Shown here piece by piece: positions 27,614 through 38,113 of a stretch of DNA of 64,000 bases. The notes below the pieces were generated by a model. The model was not told the origin of the DNA. It searched no databases and saw only the letters and a program-made list of their open reading frames with translations. The stretch is from Chloroflexota bacterium (GTDB lineage: Bacteria; Chloroflexota; UBA11872; VXOZ01), in assembly GCA_958295775.1 (NCBI GenBank), contig CATQHC010000007.1, forward strand, positions 1,061 through 65,060, in the 5' to 3' direction. Positions within the stretch are counted from its first letter, which is position 1. Each line of letters begins with the position of its first letter. The position numbers were made by a program, and so were the translations under genes.

Positions 27614-29281
27614 ATGAGCAGAGAGTCAGCACGCACACACATTCGCGGACTGCTGGTGCACGCGTTGGGCGTTGCGCAGAAACAAAACAAACTGCCGCCC
27701 CTCGCCAGTACCGACGTTACCGTGGAGTATGCCCCACCTGAGAAGGCCGATTATGCCTCCAATCTGGCCCTGCGCCTTTCGCGCGCCGTGCGCATGCCGC
27801 CTATGCAAGTTGCCGAGGTGATCGTGGCAGCGCTCCCGAAGAGTCCCTATCTCGGTGAGGTCAGCGCGGCCCCACCGGGGTTCATCAACTTCAAATTGGA
27901 TGAGAATTGGCTGGCGCGCCAGGTGCAGGATATCCTCGATCAAGGCGAGGCATTTGGCAACTGCGACGTGGGCGGCGGCGCGGCCCTGCAGATTGAGTTC
28001 GGCAGCGCCAACCCCACCGGCCCGCTCACCATCGGCAGCGGGCGCAACATCGTGCTCGGCGACACGCTGGCGCGGGTGCTCGAGGCCGCGAACTATAGGG
28101 TGCAACGAGAGTACTACGTCAACGACGTGGGCAGTCAGATGGATACCTTTGCCCGTACGTTGTTCGCGCGCTACCAACAGCTCCACGGCAGCGACGTCCA
28201 CGTGCCGCCCGACGGCTATGCGGGCGCCTACATGGTGGAACTTGCCGAACAGGTCAATCAAGAAGTGGGAGATGCGTTGCTGCAGGCGCCGGAGAGCGAG
28301 GCGCTGCGCACGCTGCACGAACGCGGGCTTGCCTTGATGCTGGATTCGATCCGCGCGGATTGTGCGCTCTTGGGCGTGGAGTTCGACGAGTGGCTCTCGC
28401 AGGCTTGGCTGGAGGATGAAGGCCGCGTGCACGCCGCCATCGCTGCGCTGCGTGACCGCGGGCGCGTCGCCGAACGAGAGGGCGCGACGTGGTTTGTGTC
28501 CACCGACGTGGAAGAAGACAAAGACAACGTGCTGGTACGGAGTACTGGCGATCCCACGTACTTCGCCGCCGATATCGCGTACCACGATTACAAGCTGGAA
28601 CGTGGCTTCACGAGTCTTATCGACGTCTGGGGGGCGGACCACCACGGGCACGTGCCGCGCGTAAAAGCCTCTCTGGCCGCCCTGGGCCACGATCCCGAGC
28701 AACTCACGATTTTGCTATATCAGCTTGTGCGCGTGCTGCGGGGCGGCGCAGAAGTGCGCATGTCCAAGCGCACCGGCGACGTTGTGACCGTGCGTGAAGT
28801 GGTGGATGAGGTTGGGGTAGACGCCAGCCGCTACTTCCTGGTCGCGCGGTCGCCCGATACGGCCATGACCTTCGACTTGGACCTGGCGCAGGCGCAGTCC
28901 GACGAGAATCCGGTGTATTACATCCAATATGCCCACGCGCGCACGGCGAGTATTTTAGAACGCGCGCAACAGGACGGCGTCGGCCCGGGCGATACCGACC
29001 TCGACCTCTTGCAGCATCCGGCGGAGCTCGCGCTGCTGCGCCTCATGATCCGCTTGCCGGAACTGGTTGAAGATGTGGCGTTGCAGCACGCCCCCCACCG
29101 GCTCGCATTCTATGCCCAGGAATTGGCGGCGCTCTTCCACGCGTTCTATCGTGATTGCCGCGTCATCGATCCCGATAACGTGGCACTATCCCGCGCGCGC
29201 CTGGAGCTTGTGCATGCGGCCAAGCTCGTGCTGGCGCGCTGCCTGGGCCTGATGGGAATGTCCGCGCCGGACCACATGTAG
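27614..29281 (+). CDS. argS: Arginine--tRNA ligase
   Basis: IEFGSANPTGP, EYYVND, YFAADIAY, WGADHHG, MSKRTG, NPVYYIQYAHAR. Confidence 0.97.
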   Translation: MSRESARTHIRGLLVHALGVAQKQNKLPPLASTDVTVEYAPPEKADYASNLALRLSRAVRMPPMQVAEVIVAALPKSPYLGEVSAAPPGFINFKLDENWLARQVQDILDQGEAFGNCDVGGGAALQIEFGSANPTGPLTIGSGRNIVLGDTLARVLEAANYRVQREYYVNDVGSQMDTFARTLFARYQQLHGSDVHVPPDGYAGAYMVELAEQVNQEVGDALLQAPESEALRTLHERGLALMLDSIRADCALLGVEFDEWLSQAWLEDEGRVHAAIAALRDRGRVAEREGATWFVSTDVEEDKDNVLVRSTGDPTYFAADIAYHDYKLERGFTSLIDVWGADHHGHVPRVKASLAALGHDPEQLTILLYQLVRVLRGGAEVRMSKRTGDVVTVREVVDEVGVDASRYFLVARSPDTAMTFDLDLAQAQSDENPVYYIQYAHARTASILERAQQDGVGPGDTDLDLLQHPAELALLRLMIRLPELVEDVALQHAPHRLAFYAQELAALFHAFYRDCRVIDPDNVALSRARLELVHAAKLVLARCLGLMGMSAPDHM

Positions 29282-29433
29282 CCCGCCGCAGATTCCGCGC
29301 TCAATCCGAATGACCGCGGTGAGTCCCGCAGCCCCTCGACAACGTCTGCGAGCACGGCGACCTCCTCGATTGTCGCGCGGGGGCTTGTCCCCCGCCGCTT
29401 GGCGCAAGAGCAAACACGATTTCGGGCAAGCAC

Positions 29434-30552
29434 TTAGGCGACTTCCTCCAGCACCGCGGCCACGTGCCAGAAGAGATTCCACACCTCGCGCAGGAAGATG
29501 AGCTGGTTGGCGTCATTGGTTGGATAGAGATGCGCAAAGAGCACGAAAGACCGGAACACCACCGTTGTGTGCTCTCCGGCGGCCTCCGCGAGACGCAGCG
29601 ACTCGCTGTAGGGCAAGAAAGCGTCGGCGTGGTCGTGGGCGACGTAGAGACGCGCGCTTACGTCCTGCATGGCCGGAGCGGGTGAGATGTCCCGCAGCCA
29701 ACCCACCAGCGTCGGGTCGCCATCCAAAATTTCCCTGGTGCGGCGCGGGTCTTCATTCGCGTAGAGAGCGAGCAGCGTTCGACCTCGCTGTGAAAGGATT
29801 GCCGGCGCCTCACCGTCCCCGGCAAGCGCGGCCTGTAGCTGCGCGCGCTCCGCTTCGTTCTCGACCGTAGCCAACAGCGCGTGTTGAAACAGGCTGGCGG
29901 CGAGCGGATCGGGTACCCACGGCTCTGCCTCACCACTGACGAGTACCTGCTGCGTCGTCACGGCGCCCAGCACATTCGCCGCGTCAAAATAACCGCCGAA
30001 ACTATGTATGAAAGCGATGTCGTCACGTATGCGAGGGTCGGCCGCCGCCCGCAGCGCCAGGCCTGCCCCGACTGAGAATCCTAGTATGCCAATGCGCTCA
30101 CCATCGACCTCAGGCCGCTCGTGCAGATAGCGTACCGCCTGGACGATTCCTTCGATTTCGCTGGGGTCGATGATGCCGGCTTCCATGCGGCTCGACTGAT
30201 GCACAAGCACGACGATGCCCTGCTTTGCCAAGCCGCGTACCAGCGCCTGGGCATAGGGATCGTCCGCCGGCGACGCGATGCCTAAGTAGATCAGAATCGC
30301 CCCATACGGGCCTGCGCCCGACGGCAAGTAGAGATCGCCGCTCAGGGCCGGATCTGCCCCGCCATACACGGTGTGTTCTTCTCGTATAGTCTCGCCGATA
30401 AGGCTGAGCGGCTTGATCGGGACTTGCGGTAACACCTCGGTGAGCAGCAGCGCCGACTTGAAGATCGACCGCTCCTGCGCCGAAGTAAGGCAGCTTGTTG
30501 TGAGCAAGCCGAAGATGAGAAAAAGAAGACTGACTCGGCGGAGCATGCGCAT
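29434..30552 (-). CDS. Exported or lipoprotein alpha/beta-hydrolase-fold protein
   Basis: Signal peptide with LTTSC, GDLYLP, GFSVG nucleophile elbow, HDHADAFLP. Confidence 0.75.
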   Translation of the reverse strand: MRMLRRVSLLFLIFGLLTTSCLTSAQERSIFKSALLLTEVLPQVPIKPLSLIGETIREEHTVYGGADPALSGDLYLPSGAGPYGAILIYLGIASPADDPYAQALVRGLAKQGIVVLVHQSSRMEAGIIDPSEIEGIVQAVRYLHERPEVDGERIGILGFSVGAGLALRAAADPRIRDDIAFIHSFGGYFDAANVLGAVTTQQVLVSGEAEPWVPDPLAASLFQHALLATVENEAERAQLQAALAGDGEAPAILSQRGRTLLALYANEDPRRTREILDGDPTLVGWLRDISPAPAMQDVSARLYVAHDHADAFLPYSESLRLAEAAGEHTTVVFRSFVLFAHLYPTNDANQLIFLREVWNLFWHVAAVLEEVA

Positions 30553-30853
30553 GGCTTTGATAGGTGTCTTCTCGTTATTGCGTAAGAATCCGCATGTGCT
30601 GTGGTTATGTCTTCATTGTATGTCAACGACACGCACACAGACACGCGCCCAAGCAAACAACGGGCGGATTTCTCATAATCGCGCCTAAGGCAGGCTCAGG
30701 CCCAATGGGCAGCGTATCGGGCTCTGCCAGGTGTCCGGGAGATGATTTGAGAGCGACTGCAACTTGCCGCCGGCGCCGGTCTTGCAGCAAGAACTTCGGC
30801 TGCTGCAGGCCACTTGTGCCTGAAGGAAGGCAGGATTGCGGGGCCTCATAACC

Positions 30854-30882
30854 TTGACTGGCAAGTGGATTTCGCCTATACT
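30854..30882 (+). promoter_or_regulatory. Sigma70-type promoter upstream of tRNA-Glu
   Basis: TTGACT-17 bp-TATACT. Confidence 0.7.
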
Positions 30883-30916
30883 CAAAGGGAATTGCCAGTG
30901 TCGCAAAGACTGGCGT

Positions 30917-30993
30917 GGCGCATTCGTCTAGAGGCCAAGGACACCGCCCTCTCAAGGCGGAGATCACGGGTTCGAATCCCGTATGCGCTACCA
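30917..30993 (+). tRNA. tRNA-Glu(CTC)
   Basis: GGCGCAT/ATGCGCT acceptor stem, CCGCC-CT CTC AA-GGCGG anticodon arm, ACGGG-TTCGAAT-CCCGT T arm, encoded CCA. Confidence 0.96.
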
Positions 30994-31283
30994 AGCATAG
31001 TTCGCGGCAGGACGGCGAAACGCATGTGAAGGCAGCGTAGACGTTCTCCCGGAATCCGTCGCGGAACCGAAAGCCGTTCATGGTTTTAAAGGGCCTGTGG
31101 TGAGTCTGTCGAAGCGCTCACTACGAACGGTTTGCCAAGAACGAGGCATTGGCCGTCTGGAGGAGAGTCTGTTATGGACAGTGGGGTATTGGAGATACGG
31201 AGCCGATTGCAGGAAGAGTAGTGGGATTGCCGCGTGTAGTTACGCGCGCAGCCGCCGCTTTGCAGACCGTAGAGAGTGCGATG

Positions 31284-31319
31284 AGACCGCTTTCGTCAAG
31301 AGATGAAAGCGGGTCTTTT
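31284..31319 (+). terminator. Terminator-like hairpin between tRNA-Glu and valS
   Basis: AGACC-GCTTTCGTC-AAGA-GATGAAAGC-G-GGTCT-TTTG. Confidence 0.6.
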
Positions 31320-31385
31320 GTTGTTTGGCTTGGATGTCTTATTGCTCAGGAAAGCATTTGAGTGAGTAGAGAGGGAACGTAGAGG

Positions 31386-34070
31386 ATGGCAGAGGCGAAA
31401 CCGAAAATTCAACCGCGGCGCGCGATGGAGAAGACGTACGACCCGGCTCCCGTGGAAGCGCGCTGGTACCCCTACTGGGAAGAAGGCGGCTACTTTGCGC
31501 CGCAACCCAACGCTGCAGGCGAGCCGTTTACAGTCATCATGCCGCCGCCAAACGTGACCGGGGAACTTCACCTCGGCCACGCGCTTACGGCGGCAATAGA
31601 GGACGTGCTCGTGCGCTGGCACCGCATGCGCGGCGACGCCACGCTCTGGGTGCCTGGCACCGACCACGCGGGCATTGCGACGCAGGTGGTGGTGGAGCGG
31701 CTGCTGCAGGAAGAGGGCACTTCAAAGCAGGAGTTAGGACGCGCGCGCTTCGAAGCGCGGGTCTGGGAGTGGGTGCAGAAGTACGGCCACATCATCGACG
31801 ACCAGCATCGCCGCCTTGGGGCTTCCTGCGATTGGTCGCGAGACACGTTCACGCTCGATCCGGGCCCGGCCCGCGCTGTGCGCACTACATTCGTGAGGCT
31901 GTTCCACAAGGGCCTCATCTACCGCGGCGAACGCATCACCAACTGGTGCCCGCGTTGCGCCACGGCGCTCTCCGATCTGGAAGTGGCGCATGAGGAGGAG
32001 GACGGTCACCTCTGGCATATTTCATACCCACTCGTGGACGATGACTCTACGTCAATAACCGTCGCGACCACCCGGCCGGAAACCATGTTAGGCGATACCG
32101 CCGTTGCCGTGAATCCGGACGACCCGCGCTACCGGCATCTCCTCGGTAAGGAGGTCTTTCTCCCACTAACAGATAGAAGAATCCCAATTATCGCCGATGC
32201 AGCGGTGGAAGCGGAGTTTGGCGCCGGCGCGCTCAAGGTTACGCCGTCGCACGATATCGCGGACTTCGAAATCGGCCAACGGCACGGGCTTGAATTCATC
32301 AACGTGTTGAACCTCGACGCCACGATGAATGAGAACGCCGGCGCAGCCTACGCGGGTATGGACCGCTACGCCTGCCGCGAGGCGGTCGTACGCGAACTCG
32401 AGACCCAGGGGCGTTTGGTGAAAATTGAAGCGCATCGCCATGCCATCGGACACTGCACCCGGTGCGACATAGTCGTCGAACCGCTGGTGAGCAGGCAATG
32501 GTGGCTGGAAACGGAACCGCTCGCGGCTCCGGCCATCGCCGCCGTGCGCAGCGGCAAGATTCGTATTCTGCCGGAGCACTTTGAGCGCATCTACTATAAC
32601 TGGATGGAGAATATCCGCGATTGGTGCATCTCGCGCCAACTGTGGTGGGGACACCGTATCCCCGTCTGGTACTGCGATTCCTGCGAAGCCGTCGCTGTGC
32701 CGCCGCTGGACGACCCCTTGCGGGACCCGGACGCGTGCGCGGAGTGCGGCGGCGCGCTGCGCCAGGATCCGGACGTACTCGACACGTGGTTTAGCTCTGC
32801 CCTTTGGCCCCATTCGACGCTTGGGTGGCCTGATGATACTGAAGATCTGCGCACATTCTATCCAACCACGGTCATGGAGACCGGCCACGATATCCTCTTC
32901 TTCTGGGTGGCCCGCATGATCATGATGGGTATCGAAAACATGGGCGACATTCCCTTCAACACCGTCTATTTGCACGGGCTCATTCGCGACGTGGAAGGCC
33001 AGAAGATGAGCAAGACGCGCGGCAACGTGATCAATCCGCTCGTCATGGTCGAAGAGTACGGTGCTGATGCGCTGCGCTTTGCGCTGGTCACGGGCACGAC
33101 CGCGGGCAACGATATGCGCTTCACGACGGAGCGCATTCAGGCAGCGCGAAACTTTGCCAACAAGCTCTGGAACGCAAGCCGTTTTGTGCTCAGTAGCCGG
33201 CCCGAAGGCGCGACTGCTTTCGCACGGGAGCCAGATCCAGCCCAACTATCGCTTGTGGACCGCTGGATCATCAGCCGCCGCAACCACACCATTGCGGAAG
33301 TCTCGCGGCAACTTGAACAATTCCATCTCGGCGAGGCCGGACGTACCCTCCAAGAGTTCATCTGGAATGAGTTCTGCGATTGGTACATCGAAGCCAGCAA
33401 GGTTAATCTCTACGGCGATGATCCCGACGCCAAAGCGGTGACCCAGAGTGTGCTGGAGCATACGCTTGCCGTGATTCTGCGTCTGCTGCATCCCTTCATG
33501 CCGTTCATCACGGAGGAGATTTGGGGTCACCTCCATCCGGATGGCGGCGAGAGCCTCATCATCGCGCCCTGGCCGGTTGCAGGTGAACGCGACCGCGAGG
33601 CTGAGGACTTCCTTGGCGAAGTCATCGAAGCGGTGCGCGGTGTGCGCAACATCCGCGCCGAATACGAGGTGGAGCCGGGCCGCTATATCCCGGCAACGGT
33701 CGCGGCCGGCGATCATGCCGCTGCAGTAGCGGCCCACACCGCCGTGATCGAGCTGCTGGGCCGCGTGCGGCCCCTCTCTGTCCACGCAACGCTCGCGGAG
33801 AAGCCGGAAAAGGCCGTTTCGGTGCTCACTAGTCACTTGGCCGTATACGTGCCCCTCGCCGGACTCCGCGACGTGGAGCAAGAGCGCCAACGACTGCAGA
33901 AGGAAGAAGAGAGCCTGCGCGCAAATCTGGAACGCACGCGCGGCCTGCTGGCAAACGACAACTTTACGAGCAAAGCGCCCGCGGCCGTTGTGGCAAAAGA
34001 GCGGGCAAAGCTCGCGGACTTGGAGTTGCGCGCAACGCGGATCGCCGAACGTCTGGCAGGGCTCTCGTGA
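31386..34070 (+). CDS. valS: Valine--tRNA ligase
   Basis: PPPNVTGELHLGHA, PGTDHAGIATQ, ATTRPET, DWCISRQLWWGH, KMSKTRGN, C-terminal coiled coil. Confidence 0.98.
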   Translation: MAEAKPKIQPRRAMEKTYDPAPVEARWYPYWEEGGYFAPQPNAAGEPFTVIMPPPNVTGELHLGHALTAAIEDVLVRWHRMRGDATLWVPGTDHAGIATQVVVERLLQEEGTSKQELGRARFEARVWEWVQKYGHIIDDQHRRLGASCDWSRDTFTLDPGPARAVRTTFVRLFHKGLIYRGERITNWCPRCATALSDLEVAHEEEDGHLWHISYPLVDDDSTSITVATTRPETMLGDTAVAVNPDDPRYRHLLGKEVFLPLTDRRIPIIADAAVEAEFGAGALKVTPSHDIADFEIGQRHGLEFINVLNLDATMNENAGAAYAGMDRYACREAVVRELETQGRLVKIEAHRHAIGHCTRCDIVVEPLVSRQWWLETEPLAAPAIAAVRSGKIRILPEHFERIYYNWMENIRDWCISRQLWWGHRIPVWYCDSCEAVAVPPLDDPLRDPDACAECGGALRQDPDVLDTWFSSALWPHSTLGWPDDTEDLRTFYPTTVMETGHDILFFWVARMIMMGIENMGDIPFNTVYLHGLIRDVEGQKMSKTRGNVINPLVMVEEYGADALRFALVTGTTAGNDMRFTTERIQAARNFANKLWNASRFVLSSRPEGATAFAREPDPAQLSLVDRWIISRRNHTIAEVSRQLEQFHLGEAGRTLQEFIWNEFCDWYIEASKVNLYGDDPDAKAVTQSVLEHTLAVILRLLHPFMPFITEEIWGHLHPDGGESLIIAPWPVAGERDREAEDFLGEVIEAVRGVRNIRAEYEVEPGRYIPATVAAGDHAAAVAAHTAVIELLGRVRPLSVHATLAEKPEKAVSVLTSHLAVYVPLAGLRDVEQERQRLQKEEESLRANLERTRGLLANDNFTSKAPAAVVAKERAKLADLELRATRIAERLAGLS

Positions 34071-34565
34071 AAGCGCTCAAGACCCATGCGAGGCCCGTAC
34101 GCCGTAAGCGTTTCAGGTGTCCGTGCTGTGCTTGCCTGATCTGCGCTTGATGAAGGGGCGATGTAGGGACGGCGGCGTTTACGAGACCCTCCGCGCGAAT
34201 GCCAATGTCAGGGATTGGCATTCGACAAGCTCAGGCCGAACGGAGTCGGGTGCTGCAAGGCTCTAACGGGATGGGCGATACATAACTCCAACAGGTGGGG
34301 CGATGCAAGGCTCTAGCCGGTCGGACGAAGCTAGGCTGTTTCTGGCAGCAGTACCGCAATGGGTAGCACTGTGCAGCACCTTGCGCTGAAGCCTGTGATA
34401 CTCTGGGTAGAAGGGCGAGTGCTGCCAACGCCGGTTGGAAACGTGCGCAACGATGCCCGCGCCGGTGCACATTAGTATTGGTACACGGCGTTTTTTCGGG
34501 ATACATACAATGAGCAGATTTAAAGAAACTGCTTCTGACAAGCAGTAGAGGATTTAGCTATTTCT

Positions 34566-35279
34566 ATGATTACGTTAGTTTGGAACGACGTGGCGGCCAC
34601 GCAACTCACTATGGCTGCGCAGGAAGCGCAGCGGCTGGCGGGTGCGAACTCTGAGAAAGAGGCGCAAAGTTGGGCACGCGCAGCGGTTACGGCCGCGGCT
34701 GCCGTCGACCCAGTGGAAAGCGATTTCGCTCCCTTCCAAGCGTTCGCTGATGCCATGCTGGCAGCGGGGGATGAAGAGCTTGTGAAGGTTGCAGCCGACT
34801 CTCTCACAAAGCACCCGCAAGCGCTCTTCGCCCTGGCAACTGCCGCCCGTGAGAAGAAGTGGGATGACCTTGCCAGCTCGATCATGGCGCGCTGCCTCGT
34901 GCAAACGGTTGCTTTGGCATGGCCGGATGAGTTTCCCTATCAACAGGAGTGGAAGCAGCAGTTCCAGGAGCAGTTAGTCGACACGCTGCTGAAAGTGTGG
35001 AAGAAGCGCGCCACGCGGAACATAGCCAAGGAAGCGGTGGCGCTCATCACGGCGTCTGAGGACCTAGACTCGAAGCAAGTGGAAGAGAAGCTCAAAGCGC
35101 TGCTCACTCCTGCCGACTTGTGGACGACTCCGGTCCGGCGAGGCAGACCGGCGCGCGGCAGGCAAGCGGCTTCCGGTCGCTCCCGCAGCGGGCCCCGCCG
35201 CCCGGCAGCCACAAATCGCTCACAGCGGTCGAGTACCCGGTCTCGGGCTCCCCGCAAGTCCGAAGGCGAAGCCAGCTAA
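34566..35279 (+). CDS. Hypothetical alpha-helical protein with Arg/Ser-rich tail and RRGRP motif
   Basis: 237-aa ORF filling the gap between valS and the DUF62 gene; coding-like composition; upstream AGAGGA. Confidence 0.7.
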   Translation: MITLVWNDVAATQLTMAAQEAQRLAGANSEKEAQSWARAAVTAAAAVDPVESDFAPFQAFADAMLAAGDEELVKVAADSLTKHPQALFALATAAREKKWDDLASSIMARCLVQTVALAWPDEFPYQQEWKQQFQEQLVDTLLKVWKKRATRNIAKEAVALITASEDLDSKQVEEKLKALLTPADLWTTPVRRGRPARGRQAASGRSRSGPRRPAATNRSQRSSTRSRAPRKSEGEAS

Positions 35280-35490
35280 CGATAAGACGTGCCGGCAGCG
35301 AACGCAGAATGTGGGGCCGTTGGCTGACCCGGCCCAGGCAAGCGCGCAAATATCCCACCGGCCGCAAGCAACAGTGTGCGCCAGTAGGCAAGGATGCCAC
35401 GTCTTGCTCAGACGGCCCTGACCTTGTTTGCCGATCATTGCCCGACGTGCGGTGCTTGACCGCCTAGGACCAAGTCCCGCTTCTCGCAGC

Positions 35491-36267
35491 ATGGCTACCA
35501 TCATCACCCTCACCACCGATTTCGGCACCGCGGATGGCTTCGTGGGCGCCATGAAGGGCGTGATCCTCAGCCTCGCGCCGCAAGCGACTGTCGTTGATCT
35601 CACGCACGACATACCTCCTCACGACGTGCGCGCGGGGACGTTTGCCCTCGAAACCGCCGTTCCCTACTTTCCACCGGACTGCATCCACGTCGTAGTGGTT
35701 GACCCCGGCGTCGGCAGCGAACGGGCGGCACTGCTCGTCGCAACCGACCGGGGGCGGTTTCTGGCGCCGGACAACGGTGTGTTGACGAGCGTGGTTGACG
35801 ATGATGAGAACGCTACTGTCTATACGCTGGATAGACCCGAGTTCTGGCGGCCGCAGGTGAGCGCCACGTTCCACGGACGCGACGTCTTTGCGCCGGTAGC
35901 CGCCCACCTCGCACGCGGCGCGCGCCCGGATACGCTGGGCGCCCTGCGGTCCGGCATGGTGCGCCTGCCGTGGCCGCAGCCCTTGCCATGCGGTGACGAG
36001 ATTAGAGGTGAAGTGATTCACATCGACCGTTTTGGAAACTTGATTACGAACCTGCGCCTTGATGACCTTGGCCCGGAACCAGAGCGCGCGCATTTTCGCG
36101 TTCGCGATACCACGATTACCGGGATTACGCCGCACTATGCCGCCGGTGATGGCATCATGGTCTTGGTGAACAGTAGCGGGCGAATCGAGGTTGCCTTGCC
36201 CAGCGCGAGCGCCGCACGAACGCTGCAGCTTGGCATCGGCGCAGAAATTCGCGTAACTCCAACCTGA
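35491..36267 (+). CDS. SAM hydroxide adenosyltransferase (DUF62/SAM hydrolase family)
   Basis: ITLTTDFG, DLTHDI, VVDPGVGSER, APDNGVL, SATFHGRDVFAP, HIDRFGN. Confidence 0.92.
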   Translation: MATIITLTTDFGTADGFVGAMKGVILSLAPQATVVDLTHDIPPHDVRAGTFALETAVPYFPPDCIHVVVVDPGVGSERAALLVATDRGRFLAPDNGVLTSVVDDDENATVYTLDRPEFWRPQVSATFHGRDVFAPVAAHLARGARPDTLGALRSGMVRLPWPQPLPCGDEIRGEVIHIDRFGNLITNLRLDDLGPEPERAHFRVRDTTITGITPHYAAGDGIMVLVNSSGRIEVALPSASAARTLQLGIGAEIRVTPT

Positions 36268-36329
36268 TCGGCAGCCGCATCATAGTTGTGAAGTGAGGGG
36301 AAGAGCGGACTCTTGGAAGGAGGCAGCAC

Positions 36330-37070
36330 GTGAACACACGCACGCCCGAGCGGTCTAGAGCGCTCAGTCAGCGCAGCGCTGAATTCATGGCATTCCTGGC
36401 CAATTGGCAAGCCGATCTGGAACCGTTAAGCCTGGAATCGGACTGGGCCGCACACGGGGTCGCGGCAAATAACGTCGCTGTATTCGTGGTAGACATGGTC
36501 AACGGCTTCTGTCACGAAGGACCGCTGGCGGGTCCACGCGTCCAGGGGCTCATTGCCCCGGTGCGCGCGGCGGTCGCGCGCTGCTACGCGCTGGGCGTGC
36601 GGCACTTTCTCTTGCCGCAAGACACCCATGAATCCGATGCCTTGGAATTTGCGCAGTTTGGTCCGCACTGTGTGGTGGGACAGAGCGAATCAGCCACCAT
36701 CCCCGAACTCGCCGGAATGCCTGCCGCTGCTGACTTCACGGTTGTAGCAAAAAACTCTCTACATCCGGCTTACGGCACCGAGCTTGAGGCATGGCTCGCG
36801 CAGCGGCCTGAAGTGCGGTACTTTGTAATCATCGGCGACTGCACCGACCTCTGCATCTACCAAACCGCGATGTACCTGCGGCTCGCGGCGAACGCGGCCC
36901 AACGCGAATGCCAGGTGGTTGTCCCGGAGAATTGCGTGCAGACCTATGACTTGCCTGTTGCCACCGCCCAAACCATCGGCGCAATGCCCCACGATGGCGA
37001 CGTGCTGCACCTTATATTCCTCTATAGCATGGCGCTAAACGGCGTCCGCATCGTGAAAGCAGTAGAATAG
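36330..37070 (+). CDS. Isochorismatase/nicotinamidase-family cysteine hydrolase
   Basis: VVDMVNGF, QDTH, HCV, AKNS, GDCTDLC. Confidence 0.9.
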   Translation: MNTRTPERSRALSQRSAEFMAFLANWQADLEPLSLESDWAAHGVAANNVAVFVVDMVNGFCHEGPLAGPRVQGLIAPVRAAVARCYALGVRHFLLPQDTHESDALEFAQFGPHCVVGQSESATIPELAGMPAAADFTVVAKNSLHPAYGTELEAWLAQRPEVRYFVIIGDCTDLCIYQTAMYLRLAANAAQRECQVVVPENCVQTYDLPVATAQTIGAMPHDGDVLHLIFLYSMALNGVRIVKAVE

Positions 37071-37166
37071 GAACAAGTGTTCTCATGTCATGCGCCTGGG
37101 AACAATCGTATTGCTCATGATTAACAAAGTGACGCGTAACAAAGAGCCCGAGAGGATAGAGCGACC

Positions 37167-38075
37167 GTGAAATTGGTGCAATTCTATGATGCAGATTCCC
37201 ACATTCGCGTAGGCGTGGTGCGCGACGGACAGGTGATCGACATTACCGACCCGGAGCGGGACCTTTCGACGACGCTCGATTATGTTGACGAAGCTCGACG
37301 GCAACGATGCTCGCTGGACGCAGTGATAGCAGATCGGCTTGCCGATTCATCGGGCAGCACACACAGCTACGCCGAACTATTGGAGTCGGACGAGCCGCGT
37401 CTCACTATGCCACTCTTTCCGCCACAGGTGTGGGGCTGCGGTGTGACGTACCGGCGCAGCGCCGAGTTTCGCGACGGGGACATGGAGGGGCCGATGGGCA
37501 TCTACGACAAGGTGTACCAATCGGACCGGCCGGAGATTTTCTATAAGGGGGATACGCAGCATTGTGCGGGGCCGAACGAGCCCATCGGCATCCGCGTCGA
37601 TTCCTCGTTTACGGCCCCCGAACCGGAGTTAGCCTACGTGCTGGGCTTCGACAATGAGATTGTCGGGTACACCATTTGCGATGACGTTTCGGCCTGGGAC
37701 ATCGAGCGTGAGAATCCCCTCTACCTGCCGCAGTCCAAGATCTTTCTGGGTTGCACGGCACTGGGCCCTACGCTGGTCACGGCGGGCGAGATCACCGACC
37801 CCTATCACCTGGAGATTACGGCGCGCATCCGCCGCGACGGTGAAGTGATTTTCTCAGGATCGGCAAATACTGACCAAATCCGCCACCCGTTTGAGACGCT
37901 CACCGCCTATCTCATTCGCAATAACCCCGTGCCCGTGGGCACGGTGGTGAGCACAGGCACCGGCATCATTGTGACGGAAGACGCAGCGCTCCAAGCCGGC
38001 GACGTCGTGGAGATCGAGATTGACGAAATCGGACTACTCTCAACGCCTGTGCGCCAACTTACCGCTGAGGAGTAG
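37167..38075 (+). CDS. Fumarylacetoacetate hydrolase family protein (2-keto-3-deoxy-pentonate dehydratase-like)
   Basis: GVTYRRS, RPEIFYKG, PEPELA, DVSAWDIERENPLYLPQSK, STGTG. Confidence 0.85.
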   Translation: MKLVQFYDADSHIRVGVVRDGQVIDITDPERDLSTTLDYVDEARRQRCSLDAVIADRLADSSGSTHSYAELLESDEPRLTMPLFPPQVWGCGVTYRRSAEFRDGDMEGPMGIYDKVYQSDRPEIFYKGDTQHCAGPNEPIGIRVDSSFTAPEPELAYVLGFDNEIVGYTICDDVSAWDIERENPLYLPQSKIFLGCTALGPTLVTAGEITDPYHLEITARIRRDGEVIFSGSANTDQIRHPFETLTAYLIRNNPVPVGTVVSTGTGIIVTEDAALQAGDVVEIEIDEIGLLSTPVRQLTAEE

Positions 38076-38113
38076 GCAGACGCAGCACTTGCCGCCGTGG
38101 AGAAGGCCGCCGC

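Noticed and set aside
30623-31081. 152-aa minus-strand ORF
   Set aside because: It contains the antisense translation of tRNA-Glu (VAHTGFEPVISALRGRCP), a typical spurious call.
35491-36267. Fluorinase or chlorinase
   Set aside because: It keeps the Asp-Arg-His residues of DUF62 SAM hydrolases (VDPGVGSER, TFHGRD) and has no halometabolite cluster nearby.
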